Origin: Eledone cirrhosa
Lineage: Eukaryota
Assembly: GCA_964016885.1 (NCBI GenBank)
Contig: OZ024743.1
Location: 171,988,001-172,052,000 of the forward strand
Length of the DNA stretch: 64,000 nucleotides
Direction: 5' to 3'
Shown: positions 51,830 to 64,000 of the stretch, piece by piece
How positions within the stretch are numbered: position 1 is the first letter of the stretch
Layout: every line of letters begins with the position of its first letter
Position numbers and translations under genes: made by a program
Notes under the pieces: generated by a model
Told to the model about the DNA's origin: nothing
Databases searched by the model: none
What the model saw: only the letters and a program-made list of their open reading frames with translations

Positions 51830-52701
51830 GTTCGAAAGTATATACTTTCCTTATGAAAATTAACGGCTGAGCAGCCTAATTTGCATATCGAGTGAGTTCG
51901 GCCAGGCGTACCGAAAACGATAAGTTGTAATAAAATGAAAACGAAATTTCATTTCTCACTCTTAGTACGGCACTTACTTAAATGTAAGTATGTATGTATA
52001 CGTACATACATATATGTATACAGACGTACAGTAGCATGCATATATATATATATATATACATATATACATACAGGTACACATACATATATGTACGTATCAG
52101 TTTAGCGGACGCTTATTATAACGCCCGCTTTGTTCGTTTGTAAACAAACTGAACAGCCTGAATTTATGCCGTACGGTGTTAAGGCAACCACGTCACCTTT
52201 TTGTTCAACACTGACACAGGAACGATGTACTAGTTTCAAGCTTGTTAGCTATCATCAGCACCGTATACCCTTCTGCCAGATGGTTGAATGTTCGAAAGTA
52301 TATACTTTCCTTATGAAAATTAACGGCTGAGCAGCCTAATTTGCATATCGAGTGAGTTCGGCCAGGCGTACCGAAAACGATAAGTTGTAATAAAATGAAA
52401 ACGAAATTTCATTTCTCACTCTTAGTACGGCACTTACTTAAATGTAAGTATGTATGTATACGTACATACATATATGTATACAGACGTACAGTAGCATGCA
52501 TATATATATATATATATATACATATATACATACAGGTACACATACATATATGTACGTATCATTAGTACGAAGCTAGTACATCATTCCTGTGTCAGTGTTG
52601 AACAAAAAGGTGACGTGGTTGCCTTAACACCGTACGGCATAAATTCAGGCTGTTCAGTTTGTTTACAAACGAACAAAGCGGGCGTTATAATAAGCGTCCG
52701 C
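51830..52701 (-). repeat. Tandem 460-bp HHR repeat (family E, ~1.6 units) followed by an inverted partial copy (52569-52701)
   Basis: GTTCGAAAGTATATACTTTCC at 51830 and 52290; 52569-52701 is the reverse complement of ~52105-52237. Confidence 0.9.
52222..52264 (-). ncRNA. Minimal type I hammerhead (family E)
   Basis: ACGGUG CUGAUGA UAGCU AACA AGCUU GAAA CUAG UA CAUCGU: 43 nt, palindromic stem III ACUAGU, GUA triplet. Confidence 0.88.
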
Positions 52702-53090
52702 TTTTAAAGCGACCGCTTTTAAAGAATTTCTCTTTTCTTTAAATCCATCAACCATGACCGACCACCAACCATCTTATAGACACCTGAAATATAGGCATTG
52801 TTAGCCTAAGAGAAACTTAAAAATAAGGAGTGGCTCCCAATCTGAACTTGTTTATAGAATTCTTTCTGCCTTTGTCACTCTAAATATAAATTATAGCCTT
52901 AAAGAATTAGCTTTTAATGAATTCCCTTTTCTTTCGACCAATGACCTCCACCCATCCCACTCCCCACCCTCTCCTACCACCTGAAAAGATATAAATACCA
53001 CAACATTTATTTTGGAAAGCCAGATTCCTGATGATCTCTAAAGAATGAAACAGTTCTAGTCCTGTAGAATCTCATCTATATTAAAACTTT
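52702..53090 (+). mobile_element. Non-coding PLE-type terminus (family I); HHR at 53022-53072
   Basis: AGAUUC CUGAUGA..GAAA CAG..CUG UA GAAUCU. Paralogue at ~55010-55402; half copy at ~62925-62962 (-). Confidence 0.72.
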
Positions 53091-53394
53091 TATATATGAT
53101 ATATTAAATTTAAAAAAATTAAGAAAAATAATAGACCTATATTCGGCAAAAGCCAATATAGGTCTGTTATTTTTCTTTATTTTTCTTAATTTAATATTTA
53201 AATTTAAGGATAACATACTATACTGCTGTAGTTAGTATTTTATCACCCAAGCAAAATTTAGTCCTTACGATTCGAACACATGTATGTTTATATTAGCGTT
53301 CATCTCTCTTGTTTATTCAATTATATTGTACGGCTCGGAAAAGCTTTTTTCTTAGAGCTATTTCATTGTAAGGGACTACTCTGAGTTCTTAACT

Positions 53395-53432
<38 letters not shown>

Positions 53433-53833
53433 AGAAGGAATAATAGATACAATATACCTATTTTAGTCCCGACTGTACAGTTTCGCTGGTCACTATGCAA
53501 AAATGTTATATCATAGATATCTAACATTGTTGTGAGGTAAGCCAACTTATCAAAGGAGCCCCTCAGGGAAGTGCCCTAACTACATACGTCCGTAGCATGC
53601 GAGAAAATCTCAAAAAGGCGGAGGGAGACTCTATCACGTGATACACCGGTCAAGAAAGGGGATTAATCCCTAATAGCAGTGAAAAATATCTCAGAAGGCG
53701 GAGGGAGATATTGATATGATACAGAGGCTACAGAGGCGTGGTAAGGTTGACTAGAAGTGTATATAGTGTTTGCTTGAAAGCAGTCACTATACTTCCGTGG
53801 TTACTCTACCGTGAGGGAGTTAGAGACAATAAT

Positions 53834-54460
53834 TGTTTCTACTTTAGGCACAAGGCCAGCAACATACCTAGTGCATTACTGGTACTTTATTTTATCGACT
53901 CCGTAAGGATGAAAGGCAATTCAACCTCGGCGGGATTTGAACTCAGATCGTAAAGGGACGTAACTGTGCTGGAAAGCATGGCGTCCGACCCTCTACCGAT
54001 GCTGCCAATCCACCCCCCTTCAGTTAGAGACAATAATTGTTTCTACTTTTGGCACAAGGCCAGCAATTACCCAGTGTATTACTGGTACTTTATTTTATCG
54101 ATCCCTTAAGGATGAAAGGCAAAGTTAACCTCGGCGGGATTTGAACTCAGAATGGCAAGGGACGTAACTCTATGCGTCAAAGCATGGCGTCCGACCTTCT
54201 AATGATACTGCCAATCCGCCGCCAATCCTCCACAAATCCTCCGCAAATCCTCCGCCCTTAGTTAGAGACAATAATTGTTTCTACTTTTGGCACAAGGCCA
54301 GCAATTACCCAATGCAATACTGGTACTTTATTTTATCGACCCCGTAAGGATGAAAGGCAAAGTCAACCTCGGCGGGATTTGAACTCAGATCGTAAAGGGA
54401 CGTAACTATGCTGGAAAGCATGGCGTCCGAGCCTCTACTGATACTGCCAATCCACCGTTT
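53834..54460 (-). mobile_element. Three head-to-tail tRNA-SINE copies (53834-54021, 54038-54259, 54276-54460)
   Basis: Each has A/B boxes and the family tail; they are separated by repeated (AGTTA)GAGACAATAAT at 53818, 54022, 54260 and 54461. Confidence 0.92.
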
Positions 54461-54694
54461 GAGACAATAATGAGAGATATACAGATATATGTGTATACAT
54501 ACATATACATGTATATATAAACATTTATTTTTCACAAGTATGTGAGATTGTATGTTGTCGACCTTATATATATATATATGCGTGTGTGTGTACGTGTGTG
54601 TATATATGTATGTATATATGTACGTATGAACGTGTGTGTGCGTGTGTATGCATGAGAGTGTGTGTCTGTGTCTATATGTATGTATATGTATATA

Positions 54695-54761
<67 letters not shown>

Positions 54762-55009
54762 ATATATATGTGTATATAAATTTATATGTGTATGTAAGTG
54801 TACATATATATATATATGTATGTGTGTGTGTATGTATCATCATGTATGTTTGTTGTGTGTGTGCCTGCCTGTGTGTGCGTGCGTGTATATACGTGGGTGT
54901 ACATGTATAAGTGGGCCGGTATGTGAATATGCTTGACGACACCTGGAATATATATTAAAAGAAACTTCACAATGAGGGGAAGCACCGCAACACTTGAATC
55001 TGTTGAAGG

Positions 55010-55398
55010 AACCCTTTCTGCCTTTGTCACCCTTATTCCAGCATTAAAGAATTAGCTTCTAAAGAATTTCCCTTTTCTTTAAACCAATGAACCCCACACA
55101 TCCTGTAGACACCTGTCTTACAGGCATTGTTAGTTTAAGTGATAACAAGGTTAGGTATTCCAAATTTGTTTACAATATTCTTTTTGCCTTTGTTAATATT
55201 ATAGCTTTTAAGAATTATCTTTTAATCAACTCCCTTTTCTTTAAATCCATCAACCAATGACCTCCACCCATCGCAATCTCCACCCTCACCTACCACCAGA
55301 ACAGAAAATATATAAATACCACCACTTACTTGGACAGCCAGCTTCCTGATGATTTCTCACGTATGAAACAGTTCTAGTCCTGTAGAAGCTCTTCTATA

Positions 55399-55402
<4 letters not shown>
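55010..55402 (+). mobile_element. Second family-I terminus; HHR at 55340-55390
   Basis: AGCUUC CUGAUGA..GAAA CAG..CUG UA GAAGCU, then (TA)n. Confidence 0.72.
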
Positions 55403-55442
<40 letters not shown>

Positions 55443-56810
55443 TATAGGAAAAAGTATGACCCCGACGGCAGAGCTCAAGCCGTTTCGACGGCTATTTCTG
55501 GACTAAATTAGAATGTTTAGCCTGGTGAATAAATAGCCGAACTTTCCAAGGGGGTACTTCCTTATATGAGTGGAGCGGTCAAGCTTTGAGAGTGATATGT
55601 ATACAGCAGATTCTAAGGATAGTGTATGAAGTGGAGGAGGGAGGTTATAGAATAGATAAATCGAATGAGAGTAGGAGACAATAAAAGATAATAGAAAGAA
55701 ATAAAAAATATATAAAATTAGATAGTGAGAGATGAATAAAAAAAAATCACAATGCTATCTTACAATTACAGGTTAATAAGTTGAGAATAGAAAAAACTAA
55801 GAAGTTGAGTAGTAACAAAACTGATACAAAATTAAAGGGGTTTCACACATCTGCTATAAGTAGTTAGTAAAATGTATTCGGCCAATTCTATCTTTAAATT
55901 ACAGGGGTGGGGGAACTGATGCTACAGAGGCCCGATGGGCTGCATCGGCGTAGGCGAAAGTGGAAAAGCAGACGAGGAAGAAAATAGGGGTGGAAGGAAG
56001 TGATAGGATGAGATAGGGGGAAGAAGAAGACAAAGAGGAAAAGAAAAGAGATACATCTACCTATGTAAGCTGAGGTTTCCCCTAACTTATTCGGTAAGTG
56101 GGGGGTATCAGCCCATGTCTACCCACCCGGGTCATTATGGGGTTTGAGGACGAGGTAACTCCTACGCATCTGTGTTTGCTTGTGGTTATCAGTTCGTCTT
56201 TCTTGTTTAGGAGTTGGTCGTTCGAAAGCAGCATTTGTAATGTTTCCTCCGAGCATAAGTTACACGGACGGCGTCCTCCCGTGTAAGAGTTAGATCTGGA
56301 CAGTTGGCTTCAAGTGAGATTGTAGGTTATATTATTATCTTGGAGGTCCCATATGTAGCCCGAAAGTGTAGTGGCTTGTCACCGGACCGGGTTTCGGTAA
56401 GTGTGTCGGTTAATCCTATATAAGCTTTGTTGGAGGTGTCCGTCCTCACGTTGCACTGGTAGATCACGTTACGTTCTCGGCATTTGTTTTTGACCCATAG
56501 GCTAAGTCTTACGTTTTTATAACCTCCCTCCTCCACTTCATACACTATCCTTAGAATCTGCTGTATACATATCACTCTCAACGCTTGACCACTCCACTCA
56601 CTCCCCTATTGTTCTACAGGCAAGTTCAGTCACCCATACCGCCCACCAAATGCCATGATAGACTTATTTGTGTTTACAACAAATTTTAACCAATCTTCTT
56701 GACAACTACAAGTTCGGCTATTTATCCACCAGGCTAAAAATTATAATTTAGTCCAGAAATACCCGTCAAAACGACTTGAGCTGTGCTGTCGGAGTCATAC
56801 TTTTTCCTAT
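55443..56810 (-). mobile_element. Truncated PLE with inverted termini and a GIY-YIG remnant (~56170-56500)
   Basis: KCRERNVIYQCNV..AYIGLT and CNLCSEE..LLNKKDELI on the - strand. 55443-55650 is mirrored at 56517-56600 and 56711-56810. Confidence 0.8.
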
Positions 56811-56886
56811 TTCCCTCTCTACTGCCCTAAGTATTAAGTATTCTGGTGCGTTATGGTCCATCTGGTTCCTTACCACAATTCCTTTG

Positions 56887-56954
<68 letters not shown>

Positions 56955-57423
56955 AAATCAAAAAGATGGGTAAAAGAGTTACATGTATTTTATTATGCGC
57001 ATTTCAAAAACAAATATCATCATGGAATGATATTTGCGTTCTCATCAGATAAAATAGGGAGACATGATATGAATCTTAAAAAACACTTGCGAGCAGTGAA
57101 GTGTTAAATCAACATATGAAAAATAAAATAAGATGGATATATGAGATTGGAAAAAAGGAAAGGAAGGAGGGAAGGAAAAGGTAAGGAATAGGAAAAAAGA
57201 ATATAGATAGAAGAAAATATAATAATAAGGAAAGTATGACGGAGGAGGAGAATAAGTAGTATACTCCAGTCCTATAAACTGTTGAGTGCTACTTATCCGA
57301 TATTTGCATTGCTTTATTGTGCTACAATAAAACTCACCTCCTCTCTATATATATATGAATGAAGTAATTCCGTCGGAAAAGTCCAGGAAAAAAGAGTGCT
57401 CTATGTAGGTAACAGAGCTTAAT

Positions 57424-61898
<4,475 letters not shown>

Positions 61899-61908
61899 TA
61901 TATATATA

Positions 61909-62820
61909 TAAAATACAATATGTTGAAAAGGTAACACACCAGAGAGAGATATACAGTGCGCTATCAATAAAACAGGGAAAAAAACCACCAGTGTATGGAA
62001 TCTATAACCTATGAATGGCAGACTATAGACACGATAATTAAAAATATAAATTAAAGCGTAAATAAATACCTCTATAACTATATAACACACGTACAAATCC
62101 AAAGATACTAATCCAAAGATATGTTTCACCAGTAATTTGTTGAAAGAAATGGGTTAGCCTCGGTTCATCAGCGTCTGTAAGGCTATACATTTCAGACAAC
62201 ACTAAGAGAATTTTAAAAGTGGCTGTCCAGCTACACGTGGGAAAGAGAAGTCACAGCGTGTTTAAGGGCAGTGAACCAGTGGCCTCTGAGGGACGAACTG
62301 CTAGAAGGGGCAGCCCAAAGCCACCCAGAGAAGTGTGCTCAACCAAACAGAGTTAGGAAAGAATGTTATTAGGAGCGGTTACCTGTTCCGCTACGAACTA
62401 CGATTGAAAGTAATGTTTCAAATCCGGTAGGAACGGCAATCTTACTATGGTGTGGATCCGAGCCCATATTTCGCTCCTAATAACAGTCTTTCCTATCTCT
62501 GTTTGGTTGAGCACACTTCTCTTAGTGTTGTCTGAAATGTATAGCCTTACGCACGCTGATGAACCGAGGCTAACCCATTTCTTTCAACAAATTACTGGTG
62601 AAACATATCTTTGGATTAGTATCTTTGGATTTGTACGTGTGTTATATAGTTATAGAGGTATTTATTTACGCTTTAATTTATATTTTTAATTATCGTGTCT
62701 ATAGTCTGCCTTTCATAGGTTATAGATTCCATACACTGGTGGTATTTTTCCCTGTTTTATTGATAGCGCACTGTATATCTCTCTCTCTCGTGTTTTACCT
62801 TTTCAACATATTGTATTTTA
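61909..62820. repeat. Fold-back element (arms 61909-62210 plus 62328-62378, and 62473-62820) carrying hammerhead family J at 62087-62176 (-) and 62551-62640 (+)
   Basis: Mirror ORFs 61896- and 62598+ in the track. GCACG CUGAUGA ACC..GGU GAAA CAUAUC..GAUUUG UA CGUGU. Confidence 0.82.
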
Positions 62821-63152
62821 AAGAGCTCAGGATTTCTTCTCCTTTGAGCACATTATTTACAGGGAATAGCGAGGGCCTATGCCTCCGTTAATTTATCGTG
62901 ATATATATATATATATATATATATTAATATAGAAGAGCTTCTACAGGACTAGAACTGTTTCATTTGTTTTGCATGGTTTTTGATGTGAAATTGTGTGTTG
63001 AAACAAATATTATTATATTATGTGTCAGAAATAATAATATAATACACTCACTGTTTAGTTTGAATTGGCCTTCGCTTCTGTATCTTTTATATCATCATAG
63101 TTAATTTAGCTGGCAATCAATATTTATCATTAACCAACGTTTAAAAGTATAG

Positions 63153-63225
<73 letters not shown>

Positions 63226-63454
63226 ATCAAAGTTCCTTTGTCACACACCAGTGACATCATCGGTGGTACTATTATGTTTCCTCCCGTTGTATTGTAATAT
63301 CTACGCCATTTTATTTTATTTATTTACTTATTATTGTCTCTGTCTCTCTTTGCGCATGCGCTTGCGTGCGTGTTCGAGTCTGAGTCTGTGTGTTAGTATA
63401 TTATCTTTGTCCACTCGTGTGTGTTTATGTGAGTTTGTTGTTATTCAAATCCCC

Positions 63455-64000
63455 CAACAAACGAAGTTCACGCAATTCGACATTGTATATTTTTACCCGT
63501 CGATCTTAGAGTCCCTGTTAAACAAAGCGTTGGACTTTGCTACCACTTACACTACCGTCCATGTTTTAGACAGGGAAATCATCGCTCACTGCCGGAAAAC
63601 CCTCCTCTTCAACAACGGAGTAGCCTGGGCAAAGAAGTCAACCACTTCAGAACTATTCGACGTCTCCATGGGATCGTTTGACAGTGCTGACGTATGCGAC
63701 TTGGTTGGCCTATTTATTTTAGACATATGACGTGTTAGATTCCCGGACCTCCAACAGGAATATACCGTGACGATGGACTGACCATATCGAACCATAAAAG
63801 TGGTCACGACCTCGACCGGTTTAAAAAAGACTTAACTTCTACCTTCAATGAGTTAGGACTTAGGACTACAGTAGCTACAAACCTCTCTAGCGTAGATTTC
63901 TTAGACATTAATTTAGACCTTCGCACACACACCTACAGACCTATCCATAAGCTTAATGAAAAACTCAATTACATTCACAAGGACTCATGCCACCTTCCCA
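63455..64000 (+). pseudogene. PLE reverse transcriptase fragment (runs off the window)
   Basis: FTQFDIVYFYPSI..LLNKALDFA, FDVSMGSFDSADVCDLVG, GIYRDDGL (frameshifted), VDFLDINL. Confidence 0.88.

Noticed and set aside
53615-53710. Short direct repeat (..TCTCA.AAGGCGGAGGGAGA..) twice
   Set aside because: Only two degenerate copies with no further structure; no function can be supported.
53818-54471. CRISPR-like repeat-spacer pattern
   Set aside because: The 'spacers' are homologous ~190-220-bp SINEs and the repeats are TSDs; eukaryotic context with no cas genes.
55460-55545. Hammerhead in the terminus of the 55.4-56.8 kb element (GAAACGGCUU on -)
   Set aside because: The GAAA half and a long stem are present, but no intact CUGANGA was found in either copy; at best a decayed motif.

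Overview
AT-rich, microsatellite-dense eukaryotic (animal) DNA with no recognisable host gene. The tRNA-derived SINE and the repeat landscape resemble octopus/cephalopod DNA (inference). The window has three zones. (1) ~0.8-14.6 kb and (3) ~47.6-64 kb hold Penelope-like elements (PLEs; RT + GIY-YIG) and their non-coding derivatives, often as fold-back inverted repeats next to (TA)n. Reading both strands I found about 20 type-I hammerhead ribozyme (HHR) motifs in about 10 sequence families. Two non-coding tandem HHR repeats (658-bp and 460-bp units) look like retrozymes. (2) ~15-47.6 kb is a chain of non-LTR retrotransposons: R4/Dong-like RLE LINEs on the - strand, and Tx1-like APE LINEs plus SINEs on the + strand, largely joined through (TTA)n tracts. 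Most short ORFs in the track are microsatellite or antisense artefacts. All RNA structures were paired by eye, not computed, and element boundaries are approximate.
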